Origin: Deltaproteobacteria bacterium
Lineage (GTDB): Bacteria; Myxococcota; Kuafuiibacteriia; Kuafuiibacteriales; Kuafuiibacteriaceae
Assembly (NCBI GenBank): GCA_040218735.1
Contig: JAVJQW010000046.1
Coordinates: 346,361 to 410,360, forward strand
Direction of reading: 5' to 3'
Length of the DNA: 64,000 bases
The notes beneath the pieces are model-generated. The model ran no database searches and was not told the origin of the DNA. It saw nothing but the letters and a program-made list of their open reading frames with translations. Positions 51,424-60,558 of this stretch are shown one piece after another (the stretch's first letter is position 1; each line of letters opens with the position of its first letter). The translations under genes and the position numbers were made by a program.

Positions 51424-52722
51424 ATGCAGGTCCAAATCGTCAAAGGCGCGACGCGACGCGAAGCCCTCGATGCCGCACGGCGTCTCTACGGTCCGGACCC
51501 GCTGGTCCTCGGCGTCCGAGAGAACAAGGTAGGTGCGGCGTCCAGCGGGTGGGAGGTCCAGGTCGCGCGCGAGACGCCGGTCGCACCCGACGAGGACGAC
51601 ACGGTCGAGGCGATGCCGGCGATCACCGACGCGCTGATCGCGGCGGCGGCGAAGAAGGCGCCGACCCCGCCCGCCGACGAGCTGCTGTTCGAGGAGCCGG
51701 TCGAGCTCGCCGCGCCCCAGCCCGTGATTCCCGCCGCGCCGCAGCCGGTGATGCCCGCCGCGCCGCGCCCGAGCCCCCTCGCCACGATGCGCGCAGACCT
51801 CGGCCGGATCGTCGCGCAGGCCGCGAATCCGAGCCGCGGGTCGATGCAGGAGGTCTTGGACTTCGCGCGTCGCCTCGCCGCGCTCGAGGACGAAGTCTGC
51901 GCACAGATGCTGAGCGGCGCGAACGTCGGTCGGTCCTGGCTGCCGCTCCTCGACCGACTCGACAAGTCCGGCTTCCCGAAGGCCGAGGCCGTCGCGCTGC
52001 TCCAGAACATCGACCGGCAGCCGGCCGAAATCGCCGAGGTCCCGGACTGGACCCACTACTACCGCCGCCTCCGTCGCGCCCTCGCCGAGACCATCGAGGT
52101 GGCCCCCGCCGTCGAGCGCGTCAGCCCCGGCGTCGTGGTGTTCGTGGGCGGCGCGGGCGTCGGCAAGACCACGCTCGCCGCGAAGCTCGCCGCCGACCTC
52201 TCTTTGGGCGGCGGCCGCTCTCCCGTGCTCGGCGCCGTGCTCCCCCGTCGTGGGGTCGGCCTCGCGGCGTTGAAGCGTTGCGCGAACACCCTCGGCGTTT
52301 CGTTTACCGAAGTCACCTCGGCCGATGACCTCGCCCGCCTCGAGCAACTCTCCGCCGAGCGCCCGGTCATCCTCGACTCCGCCTCCGTGAACCCATTCGA
52401 CGCGCGCGCGCTCGAGCAACTGGGTATCGTTCTCTCGGGTCTCTCACACAAAGAGATCCACGCGGTCGTCCCCGCCTGTCATGGCGCCCGCGATTTTGCG
52501 CAGTCACTGTCGGCTTTTTCGACGGTGGGTGCCAACCGTTTGGCAGTTACGCGCCTCGACGAAGCACCTTTCGTTGGCCGCGTGATTGCAGCAGCCCGCA
52601 CCGCACGCATGCCGATCAGCTACCTCTCGCAGGGGCCGCGAATCCCCGATGACTTGGTGAGACCGGGCGTGGATGCGCTTCTCGACGCCGTACTTCGACC
52701 GGAAAGGAATTCCGCTTCATGA
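51424..52722 (+). CDS. flhF: FlhF-like SRP GTPase with degenerate G3/G4
   Basis: N-terminal EAL...YGPD B-domain, GVGKTT, TRLDE, GPRIPDDL; between flhA and flhG. Confidence 0.82.
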   Translation: MQVQIVKGATRREALDAARRLYGPDPLVLGVRENKVGAASSGWEVQVARETPVAPDEDDTVEAMPAITDALIAAAAKKAPTPPADELLFEEPVELAAPQPVIPAAPQPVMPAAPRPSPLATMRADLGRIVAQAANPSRGSMQEVLDFARRLAALEDEVCAQMLSGANVGRSWLPLLDRLDKSGFPKAEAVALLQNIDRQPAEIAEVPDWTHYYRRLRRALAETIEVAPAVERVSPGVVVFVGGAGVGKTTLAAKLAADLSLGGGRSPVLGAVLPRRGVGLAALKRCANTLGVSFTEVTSADDLARLEQLSAERPVILDSASVNPFDARALEQLGIVLSGLSHKEIHAVVPACHGARDFAQSLSAFSTVGANRLAVTRLDEAPFVGRVIAAARTARMPISYLSQGPRIPDDLVRPGVDALLDAVLRPERNSAS

Positions 52723-53507
52723 ACGTCAACACCGCCGCCGCGCTCGAGCTCGAGCCACAGCCGCTGCCCCGAACCGCGAGGATCATCACCGTCGCGAGCG
52801 GGAAGGGCGGCGTGGGCAAGACGCACATCGCCACGAACCTCGCCCTCGCTTGGGCCCGTGCCGGGCAACGTGTCCTCTTGGTCGACGGCGACCTCGGCCT
52901 CGCGAACGTCAACGTGCTCCTGGGCATCTCCCCCGACCGCAACGCGAGTCACCTCCTCGACGGAAAGAGTGACTTCTCGGACGTGGTGACGCGCTACCGC
53001 GACTACTTCGACATCCTCCCCGCCGGGAGCGCGTTGACGCGACTCGCGGAGCTCGACGTCGGTGGGCAGGTTCGCCTCCTCGACGTGCTCATGGCGCACG
53101 GCCACGCCTACGACATCATCATCGTCGACGCGGGGGCGGGCATCGGCTCGAACGTTCGCCTCGCGCTCTCCATCGCCGACGACGTCCTCGTCGTCATGAA
53201 CCCCGAAGCGACCTCGCTGACGGACGCCTACGCGCTCGTCAAAGTGGCGAGCCTCTCCCAGGTTCGCGCGCCGTTCGGCGTGGTCGTCAATCGCGTACGT
53301 CAGGCCGAGGAAGCCCGTGAAATGCACGGCTGTCTCGACTCGGCGGCGCGCTCGTTCCTCGGAAAACACGTCGAGTTCTTCGGCTACGTCTACCAGGACC
53401 AGAGCGTCGAGCGCGCGATGCGAAACCAGGATCCTTTCGTTCGCTCGGCTCCGGACAGCCCTGCGGCACGTTGTGTTCAAGCCCTCGCCAAACGGCTGGC
53501 GGCCTGA
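52719..53507 (+). CDS. flhG: MinD-like ATPase FlhG/FleN
   Basis: SGKGGVGKT, DGDLGLANV, DAGAGI, TSLTDAYAL. Confidence 0.92.
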   Translation: MNVNTAAALELEPQPLPRTARIITVASGKGGVGKTHIATNLALAWARAGQRVLLVDGDLGLANVNVLLGISPDRNASHLLDGKSDFSDVVTRYRDYFDILPAGSALTRLAELDVGGQVRLLDVLMAHGHAYDIIIVDAGAGIGSNVRLALSIADDVLVVMNPEATSLTDAYALVKVASLSQVRAPFGVVVNRVRQAEEAREMHGCLDSAARSFLGKHVEFFGYVYQDQSVERAMRNQDPFVRSAPDSPAARCVQALAKRLAA

Positions 53508-53528
53508 AGAGGAAGAAGAGAAAACAAA

Positions 53529-54260
53529 ATGCAGAACCTACTCAAGGCCTACACGAGTCACACGCCCCGCGGTCGCACGACGAAGTACGACGAAGACGTG
53601 AAGAAGTACGCCCCGATGGTCTATCGGGTCGTTCGGCAGGTCGCCGAGCGCATGCCGTCGACCGTCGATCGCGAGTACCTCTTCTCGGCGGGGATGGTGG
53701 GGCTCCTCGACGCGCTCGTGAAGTACGACGAGGGCCGCGGCATCGCCTTCGAGGCCTACGCGCGGATCCGAGTCAAGGGCGCCGTGCTCGACGAGCTGCG
53801 GAGCCTCGACCACCTCACGCGTTCGATGCGACGTCGTTCGCGCTCGGTGAGCGACTCGCGGAACGAGCTCGAGAAGGCCGAAGGAGCGCCGGTGAGCGAC
53901 GCGGCGGTCGCCGAGGCGATGGGGGTGTCGATCGAGGAGGTGCAGCGGAGCAAGTCGCGTCGCGCGCCGCCGGAGGTCGTCGACCCGACGACGCTCGACA
54001 CGCTCGCGCTCGACGCCCTCTGGGCCACGCCCAACAGCGCGATCGACGCGATGGAGTGGGACGAGCACGTACGCATGCTCTCGCAGGCGATGGCGGAGCT
54101 CCCGGAGCGCAACCGGCTCGTGATCGGGCTGTACTACGAGGCGGAGCTGACGCTGCAGGAGATCGGAGACGTTCTCGGTGTGACACAGTCACGCATCAGC
54201 CAGATCCTGAGGAAGACCGTGGAGATGCTGCGGGAGAAGCTCTCCGAGCGTCTCGGTTGA
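53529..54260 (+). CDS. fliA: Flagellar sigma factor sigma28
   Basis: GLLDA..KYD, RVKGAVLDELR, LYYEAELTLQEIG.VLGVTQSRISQ. Confidence 0.93.
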   Translation: MQNLLKAYTSHTPRGRTTKYDEDVKKYAPMVYRVVRQVAERMPSTVDREYLFSAGMVGLLDALVKYDEGRGIAFEAYARIRVKGAVLDELRSLDHLTRSMRRRSRSVSDSRNELEKAEGAPVSDAAVAEAMGVSIEEVQRSKSRRAPPEVVDPTTLDTLALDALWATPNSAIDAMEWDEHVRMLSQAMAELPERNRLVIGLYYEAELTLQEIGDVLGVTQSRISQILRKTVEMLREKLSERLG

Positions 54261-54268
54261 AATCACGC

Positions 54269-54295
54269 TCAAGTCCGAACCGGCCGGGCCGATCT
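54269..54295 (+). promoter_or_regulatory. sigma28 promoter for cheY-cheZ
   Basis: TCAA-N15-GCCGATCT. Confidence 0.6.
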
Positions 54296-54305
54296 AAGTT
54301 CGGTG

Positions 54306-54686
54306 ATGGCGCTTCCGGACAAAGACATTCGCATTCTCTCCGTCGATGACTTCTCGACGATGCGTCGCATCGTCAAGAACATCCTCAGGCAGCTCGGCTA
54401 CACCAACGTCGACGAGGCCGAAAATGGCGACGCAGCGCTTCAGGCGCTCCGAGCCAAGAAGTACGACCTGGTCATCTCCGACTGGAACATGCCTGTGAAG
54501 ACCGGCATCGAGCTCCTGAAGGAAGTGCGGGCCGACCCGGACCTCTCCGAGATGCCGTTCCTCATGGTCACCGCCGAGGCCGAGCGCCACCAGGTCGTCG
54601 AAGCCGTCGAGGCCGGCGTGAACAACTACGTGCTGAAGCCGTTCACTGCGAAGATCCTGAGCGACAAGCTCTCCGGCATCTTTTGA
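54306..54686 (+). CDS. cheY: Chemotaxis response regulator CheY
   Basis: VDDFSTMRRI, SDWNMP, VTAEA, KPF. Confidence 0.94.
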   Translation: MALPDKDIRILSVDDFSTMRRIVKNILRQLGYTNVDEAENGDAALQALRAKKYDLVISDWNMPVKTGIELLKEVRADPDLSEMPFLMVTAEAERHQVVEAVEAGVNNYVLKPFTAKILSDKLSGIF

Positions 54687-54703
54687 GCGAACGGAAAAGT
54701 ACG

Positions 54704-55246
54704 ATGACTCGGAACTACGAACATCTCCTCGAGGAGCTCAAAGGGCTGGTCGACTACATTCGCGACACACGTCGTGAGTTGGGGACCGTCCACCGCGAGC
54801 TACCGAGCGCGTTCGACGCGCTGGGGATGGTCTCCAAGACGACCGAGAAGGCGACCCACAACCTCCTCGGCCTCGTGGAGGCCATGGTCGACGACGACGA
54901 TGAGACTCGGGCGGCGCTCGAGGTCCTCGCGAAACACCCCGAGATCGCCGAGGAGCCCGCCGTCAAGGACGCGCTTGAGGCCCTCGAGAACAAACAGAAC
55001 GAACGCGGCGACAAACTCACTGCGATGATGTCCGAGCTGTCGTTCCAGGATCTCACGTGTCAGACGATCGACCGCATCGCCGGAACCATCGTCGAGGTCG
55101 AGCGACGTGTCGTAGCGCTGCTCGACGATGACAATGCGCCCGCGTCCGAGTCGAAGCCGGTCATGGCGGGGATCGACCGTCTGGCCGAGTCGCAGCAGGG
55201 CGACGGCCGTCAGTCGATGGTCGACGAAATCCTCTCGAACCGCTGA
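54704..55246 (+). CDS. cheZ: CheZ-like phosphatase
   Basis: TEKAT, LSFQDLTCQ (DxxxQ catalytic motif), C-terminal QSMVDEIL. Confidence 0.78.
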   Translation: MTRNYEHLLEELKGLVDYIRDTRRELGTVHRELPSAFDALGMVSKTTEKATHNLLGLVEAMVDDDDETRAALEVLAKHPEIAEEPAVKDALEALENKQNERGDKLTAMMSELSFQDLTCQTIDRIAGTIVEVERRVVALLDDDNAPASESKPVMAGIDRLAESQQGDGRQSMVDEILSNR

Positions 55247-55251
55247 GCGGT

Positions 55252-55683
55252 TCAGCGCATCCAGTGACGCCGGCCCGCGATCTCGTCCATCAGGGCCTGC
55301 TCGCGCCGTAGCTCGTCACGTCGTCGCTCGGTGCTCCGCCGCTCGATGAGCTTCTCGAGCGCAGCCTTGCGCGTCGCCAGGACGCGAATCTCAGCCAACA
55401 GCGGGCGCACGCGCTCCGCTTCGATCTTGTCGATGGCGTCGCGAAGCGTGGACTTCTGCTGCTCTGCGATCGCCGCGTGGTGGTTGTAGTGGCGCCGTAG
55501 CTCGAGCTCCTCGGCCGCGGTCTCGGTCGGTACGGAGCGCATACGTTCGAGATCCAGGTCGATCTCCTCGATGCGGTCGCTCATCCGCCGCTGCTCGGCC
55601 CGTAGCGCGGCGCACTCCCCGCGGAGGCGGTCGTACTGGCGTGAAAGGTGCGCGACGGCGACGTGCAGGGGGCGGTCCTTCAT
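55252..55683 (-). CDS. fliJ: FliJ-like coiled-coil protein
   Basis: 143-aa all-helical protein with KAALEKL...EQALMDEIAGRR tail; no fliJ follows fliI. Confidence 0.6.
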   Translation of the reverse strand: MKDRPLHVAVAHLSRQYDRLRGECAALRAEQRRMSDRIEEIDLDLERMRSVPTETAAEELELRRHYNHHAAIAEQQKSTLRDAIDKIEAERVRPLLAEIRVLATRKAALEKLIERRSTERRRDELRREQALMDEIAGRRHWMR

Positions 55684-55696
55684 GCGTCGCTCAGGT

Positions 55697-55723
55697 GTAT
55701 CGGCATGATGCGGTTCGTTTCGA
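55697..55723 (-). promoter_or_regulatory. sigma28-like promoter for the fliJ-like gene
   Basis: Minus strand TCGA-N15-GCCGATAC. Confidence 0.55.
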
Positions 55724-55726
55724 GGC

Positions 55727-55753
55727 TCAAGGCGTTCGTCAGTGCGCCGATAC
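55727..55753 (+). promoter_or_regulatory. sigma28-like promoter for the flgF operon
   Basis: TCAA-N15-GCCGATAC. Confidence 0.62.
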
Positions 55754-55761
55754 GAGACGTT

Positions 55762-56481
55762 GTGGGAAAAGGGATCTACGTCGCGACCGCTGGAGCGACC
55801 GCGCGGCAACGTCAGATCGAGGTCGTCGCCAACAACGTCGCGAACGCGAGCACGCCGGGCTTTCGTAAGGTCGGCCTCGCGTTCGAGGAGGTGCTCGGCG
55901 ACGACCTGAACGCGCCGAACCGGCACCTGGTCGGGGCGAGCGAGCCGCGGCTGTCCACGGAGGCGGGCCCCATTCAGGAGACCGGACGCGACCTCGACCT
56001 CGCGCTGACCGGGGACGGCTACTTCGTCACCGAGGACTTCGCGGGCAATCAGTTCCTCCAGCGCACGGTGTCGCTGCGTCTCACCGAAGACGGCAAGTTC
56101 GTCGACTCGGCGGGCCGCGAGCTTCGCATGGACCACAGCGGCGAGGTCGACCCCAACAAGGCGATCGCGATCGACGCGCGCGGGATGATGACTCAGGAAG
56201 ACCAGGTCATCGGACGCATCGAGGTGCGGGCGTTGTTCGAGAACGAAGCGGCGCTCGAGCCGGTCGGCGGCGGCGCGTACACGACCAACGATCGCTCCGG
56301 CCCGGGGCTCCCCGTCGAGACGAGCCACGTCGTCCAGGGCGCGTTGGAGGGTTCGAACGTCGTCCCCGTGGAAAGCATGGTCGAGCTGATCACCGCGGAG
56401 CGTGAGTTTCAATCGCTGACGAAAGTCATCCAAGCCTATCGAGAGGCCGACGACGCCCTCATCGATTCAACCAATCGTTAG
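55762..56481 (+). CDS. flgF: Basal-body rod protein FlgF
   Basis: ANNVANASTPGF, TGRDLDLAL.GDGYF, LEGSNV; precedes flgG. Confidence 0.85.
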   Translation: MGKGIYVATAGATARQRQIEVVANNVANASTPGFRKVGLAFEEVLGDDLNAPNRHLVGASEPRLSTEAGPIQETGRDLDLALTGDGYFVTEDFAGNQFLQRTVSLRLTEDGKFVDSAGRELRMDHSGEVDPNKAIAIDARGMMTQEDQVIGRIEVRALFENEAALEPVGGGAYTTNDRSGPGLPVETSHVVQGALEGSNVVPVESMVELITAEREFQSLTKVIQAYREADDALIDSTNR

Positions 56482-56512
56482 ATGAAGGAAGACAGGTAAC
56501 AGGAGGTTCACC

Positions 56513-57295
56513 ATGTCGAGAGCACTACAAATCGCATCCACCGGAATGCGTGCGCAGGAGCGCAAGATCGAGTCTACCGCCAACAACCTCGCGAACATGA
56601 ACACGGACGGTTTCAAGCGCACGGATGCGCGGTTCGCGGACTTGATGTACCAGACGGTGCGCGCCGCCGGCGCGCAGACCGCTGACGACGCGAAGGCGCC
56701 GGCGCCGACCCAGGTCGGGCTCGGGACTACGCTGACCGCGACGGTCCGTGACTTCTCGCAGGGCGCGGCGAAGCACACGGGGAACAACCTCGACGTCATG
56801 ATCGAGGGGAATGGGTTCTTCGGTGTGCTGCGGAACAACGAGGTGCTCTACACGCGCAACGGCGCGCTGCGCACCGACGCCGACGGTATGATCACGACGA
56901 CGGACGGCTTCCCGCTCGAGCCGGAGATTCGTGTGCCGGCGGACGCCGTGGCCGTGGAGATCGGCGCCAACGGAACCGTCGAGGCGATCATGGGTGACGA
57001 CGTTCGTCGCGAGCTCGGCCAGATCCGTCTCTACAACCTCACGAACAAAAACGGCCTCGAGTCGATGGGACGCAACCTCTACCGCGTCACGTCCGACGAG
57101 GTCGGTGAGATTCGCGAGGGCGTCCCCGGTTCGACCGGGTTCGGCACGCTGCAGCAGGGTTTCCTGGAGGCGGCGAACGTCGAGGTGGTCGAGGAGATGG
57201 TCGCGATGATCGCCGGCCAGCGCGCCTACGAGGCGAACTCCAAGGTCATCCAGACGACCGACCGCATGATGGAAGAAGCCAACAGGCTCCGGTAG
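56513..57295 (+). CDS. flgG: Distal rod protein FlgG
   Basis: ANNLANMNTDGFK, FADLMYQ, QVGLG, QGFLEAANV, QRAYEANSK. Confidence 0.94.
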   Translation: MSRALQIASTGMRAQERKIESTANNLANMNTDGFKRTDARFADLMYQTVRAAGAQTADDAKAPAPTQVGLGTTLTATVRDFSQGAAKHTGNNLDVMIEGNGFFGVLRNNEVLYTRNGALRTDADGMITTTDGFPLEPEIRVPADAVAVEIGANGTVEAIMGDDVRRELGQIRLYNLTNKNGLESMGRNLYRVTSDEVGEIREGVPGSTGFGTLQQGFLEAANVEVVEEMVAMIAGQRAYEANSKVIQTTDRMMEEANRLR

Positions 57296-57303
57296 GCGTC
57301 GTC

Positions 57304-57978
57304 ATGAACGTCATCCTGCTGCTGTCCGTTCTGGGCGGCTTCGAGCCGTCCGTCAGCGTCGTCGCGTCCACGCCCGCCGAGGCCGTGAAACGACTCGCGC
57401 GTATCGAGGATGATCGAGACCGCACGCCGATCATCGCCGAGCGCGCGTTCGACGGGTTGCCGAGGCCGGCGCGAGGCATCGAGTACCGCGCGACGCGTCG
57501 ACGCTCTCGCTCCGACAAGCTGCGCGTCGTCGTGGAGGCGACCCAGCGCGGGCAGCGCGTCGCGCGGCGTGTGTATGCGTTTGCGTGGCGAACCAAGGTC
57601 GCCGTGGTCGTGCCCGCGCATGACATCGGACCGGGTGAGACCGTGCGGGCGAGTGACCTCGAGCTCCGGGAGATCGAGACACGCCGCCGCCCCGACCGGA
57701 TGGCGCTCGCTCCCGAACAGCTGGTCGGACGCATCGCGAAGGCGCCGCTGACGCGACATCACCCCGTGATGCTGAGCGACGTTGTCCTGCCACAGGTCGT
57801 GAAGCGCGGCGACAAGATCACGGTACGGGCGCACTTCGGCGCGATGACGGTGACGCTGTCGGGCTACGCCCTGGAGGACGGTGCGGTCGGCGACGAGATC
57901 CGCATCCGGAACGACAAGTCCAAGAAGACGCTGAGCGCGGTCCTAATCGATCACGGCGCCGCGGAGATTTCGCCATGA
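57304..57978 (+). CDS. flgA: P-ring chaperone FlgA
   Basis: SAF-like domain, VVKRGD, ALEDGAVGDEIRIRN..S. Confidence 0.85.
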   Translation: MNVILLLSVLGGFEPSVSVVASTPAEAVKRLARIEDDRDRTPIIAERAFDGLPRPARGIEYRATRRRSRSDKLRVVVEATQRGQRVARRVYAFAWRTKVAVVVPAHDIGPGETVRASDLELREIETRRRPDRMALAPEQLVGRIAKAPLTRHHPVMLSDVVLPQVVKRGDKITVRAHFGAMTVTLSGYALEDGAVGDEIRIRNDKSKKTLSAVLIDHGAAEISP

Positions 57979-58646
57979 AGCGCATCGTACTCATCGGCCT
58001 ACTCACGGCCGCAGCCTGCGGGCCGGCCCATATCAACAACTACGAACCCAAACGGCGTGAGTACAAACCCATCGTCGACAAACCGTCGCAGGCTGCCGAG
58101 CGTGAGGACGGTTCCTTGTGGGCGCCGGGCGTCGGTTCGCTGGTCACCGACGTTCGTGCTTACCGCACGAACGACATCGTGACGGTGCGGGTCGTGGAGC
58201 TCGCTTCGGCGAAGCGCTCCGCCGGAACCCGCACGCGTCGGGACGGCAGCGTCGAGCTCGGCGGCGACGTCGGCAACCTCATCCGCGACAACACCGCGAT
58301 GGACCCGGACAAGCTCCTCTACGGCTCCTCCGGGACCGCGCACGACGCTTCGGGGCGGACGACCCGCGACGACGAGGTCCGCTTCAACGTCGCCGCGACG
58401 ATCACGAAGGTGCTGCCCAACGGGAACCTGTTCCTGGAGGGCCACCGCGTCATCCTCGTCAACGACGAGGAGCACCACTTCTACGTCAGCGGCGTCGCGC
58501 GCCCCGCGGACATCGCGAAGGACAACTCGATCGCCTCCATCCAGCTCGCCGACGCTCAGATCGAGTTCGTCGGCGACGGCGTGATGAGCGAAGGCCAGAA
58601 ACCGGGCTGGCTGACGCGGCTCCTCAACTACATCAACCCGCTGTGA
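57975..58646 (+). CDS. flgH: L-ring lipoprotein FlgH
   Basis: AAAC lipobox, DGSLW, DIVTV, VLPNGNL, SGVARPADI, GWL. Confidence 0.92.
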   Translation: MKRIVLIGLLTAAACGPAHINNYEPKRREYKPIVDKPSQAAEREDGSLWAPGVGSLVTDVRAYRTNDIVTVRVVELASAKRSAGTRTRRDGSVELGGDVGNLIRDNTAMDPDKLLYGSSGTAHDASGRTTRDDEVRFNVAATITKVLPNGNLFLEGHRVILVNDEEHHFYVSGVARPADIAKDNSIASIQLADAQIEFVGDGVMSEGQKPGWLTRLLNYINPL

Positions 58647-58654
58647 GCTCTGCC

Positions 58655-59752
58655 ATGCGTCGAATCATCATCGCTCTCGTCTTCCTCTCGACCCTCGCCG
58701 CGGTCACGGACGCCCGCGCGGCACGTGTGAAGGAGCTGACGCGCGTGAAGGGCGTTCGCTCCAACATGCTGCGTGGGTACGGGCTCGTCGTGGGCCTCGC
58801 CGGCACGGGCGACTCGCGTACGTCCTCGTTCACTTCGCAGGCGCTGAAGGCGCTGCTGCAGAACGAAGGCGTGATCGTGGACGAGCGCTTCCGGACGCGG
58901 AACGTCGCCGCCGTCTTCGTGACCGCGGAGCTCCCCGCGTTCTCGACGCAGGGGGATCGGCTGGACGTAGTCGTATCCACCGTGGGCGACGCCGAGAGCC
59001 TCGCCTCCGGCGTGCTGCTGATGACGCCGCTCAAGGGCGTGGACAACCAGGTCTACGCGCTCGCGCAGGGGCCCCTCGTCGCGGGTGGGTTTGCGTTCGA
59101 CCAGCCCTTGGCGCGTCGTCAGCGCAACAACCCCACGACCGCGCGTGTCCCGGAGGGCGCCACGGTCGAGCGCGGCGTGACCTCGCGCTTCGTGGTGGAC
59201 GGGCAGGTGACGTTGTCGCTCGTGGAGGCGGACTTCGCGACCGCGCAACGGATCGCGCTGGCGATCAACGAGGACCTCGAGACCGAGCTCGCGAAGGCCG
59301 AGGACTCACGTCGCGTGGTGGTAAAGCTGCCGGACGACGCCAAGGAGGCGACGGTCGCGTTCCTGTCTCGAATCGAGGCACTCGAGGTGAAGCCGGACAC
59401 CCGCGCGCGCGTCGTGATCAACGAACGCAGCGGAACCGTGGTCGTCGGCGGCAACGTCGAGCTCGGCCCGGCGTCGGTGGCGCACGCGAACCTGGATGTC
59501 GCCATCACGACGGCGCTCTCCGTCTCGCAGCCGAGCGCGTTCTCCCGCACCGGGCGCACCGTCGTCGTGCCGAACCAATCGGTGGAGGCAAAGGAGGAGC
59601 AGGAGGAGCTCAAGGCGATCCCGGCCACGACCACCGTCGATGACCTCGTCAAGGCGCTCAACGCGCTCGGCGCGTCGCCCCGTGACCTGATGCAGATCCT
59701 CGAAGCGCTCGAACGTGCGGGGGCCCTGCGCGCCGAAATCGAGGTCATGTAG
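58655..59752 (+). CDS. flgI: P-ring protein FlgI
   Basis: GYGLVVGLAGTGD, NVAAVFVTAELP, VINERSGTVV, LNALGASP. Confidence 0.95.
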   Translation: MRRIIIALVFLSTLAAVTDARAARVKELTRVKGVRSNMLRGYGLVVGLAGTGDSRTSSFTSQALKALLQNEGVIVDERFRTRNVAAVFVTAELPAFSTQGDRLDVVVSTVGDAESLASGVLLMTPLKGVDNQVYALAQGPLVAGGFAFDQPLARRQRNNPTTARVPEGATVERGVTSRFVVDGQVTLSLVEADFATAQRIALAINEDLETELAKAEDSRRVVVKLPDDAKEATVAFLSRIEALEVKPDTRARVVINERSGTVVVGGNVELGPASVAHANLDVAITTALSVSQPSAFSRTGRTVVVPNQSVEAKEEQEELKAIPATTTVDDLVKALNALGASPRDLMQILEALERAGALRAEIEVM

Positions 59753-60489
59753 TGACCACGCTCCCCAAACACCCGGCCGTCGACCTCGCCACTCCCGCGG
59801 CGGACCGCGCGCAGCGCGCGCTGAAGGGGCGCAGGGACCAGGGGGAGCTCGTCGAGGCGGCTCGGCAGCTCGAGGGGGTCTTCGTGTCGATGCTCTTCGA
59901 CGAGATGGCGAAGACCGTCGACACCGAGGACGGCCTCTTCACGAGCACCCCCGGCGAAGAGATGTACCAGTCTTGGTTCCGGCACGAGGTTGCGAAGCAG
60001 TTCGCGGCGTCGGGCGGAACGGGGCTCGGTGACGCCATCGCCAACTCCCTCGGAGCCACCGTGCAGCCGCGGGCGCACGCGGGGGCTGCGCCGCTGCCGG
60101 TCGCGGGGCGCATCACGTCCGAGTTCGGGGAGCGCATCCACCCGGTGACGAACCGCCGACACATGCACCACGGCGTCGACATCGCGGCGCCCGTCGGGAC
60201 GCCGATCGAGGTCCCGTTCGCGGGGCGCGTCGTGAAGGTCGGCAGCGAGGGCCCCATGGGCAACCACGTGGTCGTGGAGCACGCGAACGGCTACCGCTCC
60301 GTCTACGCGCACGCCTCCGAGGTGTTGGTGCGTGAGGGCGACCAGGTGGCCGCAGGGCAGGTCCTGGCGAAGGTCGGGAGCACCGGCCGGTCCACGGGGC
60401 CCCACCTCCACTTCGGGCTCACGCGCGACGGAAAGCCAGTAGATCCGATGCGTTGGCTTCGTCCGGGCGGCGGTGTGTCGGTCCGCTGA
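59752..60489 (+). CDS. flgJ: FlgJ rod-binding domain fused to M23 peptidase
   Basis: AARQLEGVFV..L..M...GLGD rod-binding part; HHGVD, YAH and STGPHLH M23 motifs. Confidence 0.8.
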   Translation: MTTLPKHPAVDLATPAADRAQRALKGRRDQGELVEAARQLEGVFVSMLFDEMAKTVDTEDGLFTSTPGEEMYQSWFRHEVAKQFAASGGTGLGDAIANSLGATVQPRAHAGAAPLPVAGRITSEFGERIHPVTNRRHMHHGVDIAAPVGTPIEVPFAGRVVKVGSEGPMGNHVVVEHANGYRSVYAHASEVLVREGDQVAAGQVLAKVGSTGRSTGPHLHFGLTRDGKPVDPMRWLRPGGGVSVR

Positions 60490-60520
60490 CGGAAAAAACG
60501 AAAAAAGCACCACTTCCCTG

Positions 60521-60547
60521 TCAAGTTCCCGACAGCCGCGCCGATAG
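60521..60547 (+). promoter_or_regulatory. sigma28 promoter for flgM-flgN-flgKL
   Basis: TCAA-N15-GCCGATAG. Confidence 0.72.
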
Positions 60548-60558
60548 CTATCTGTGAG

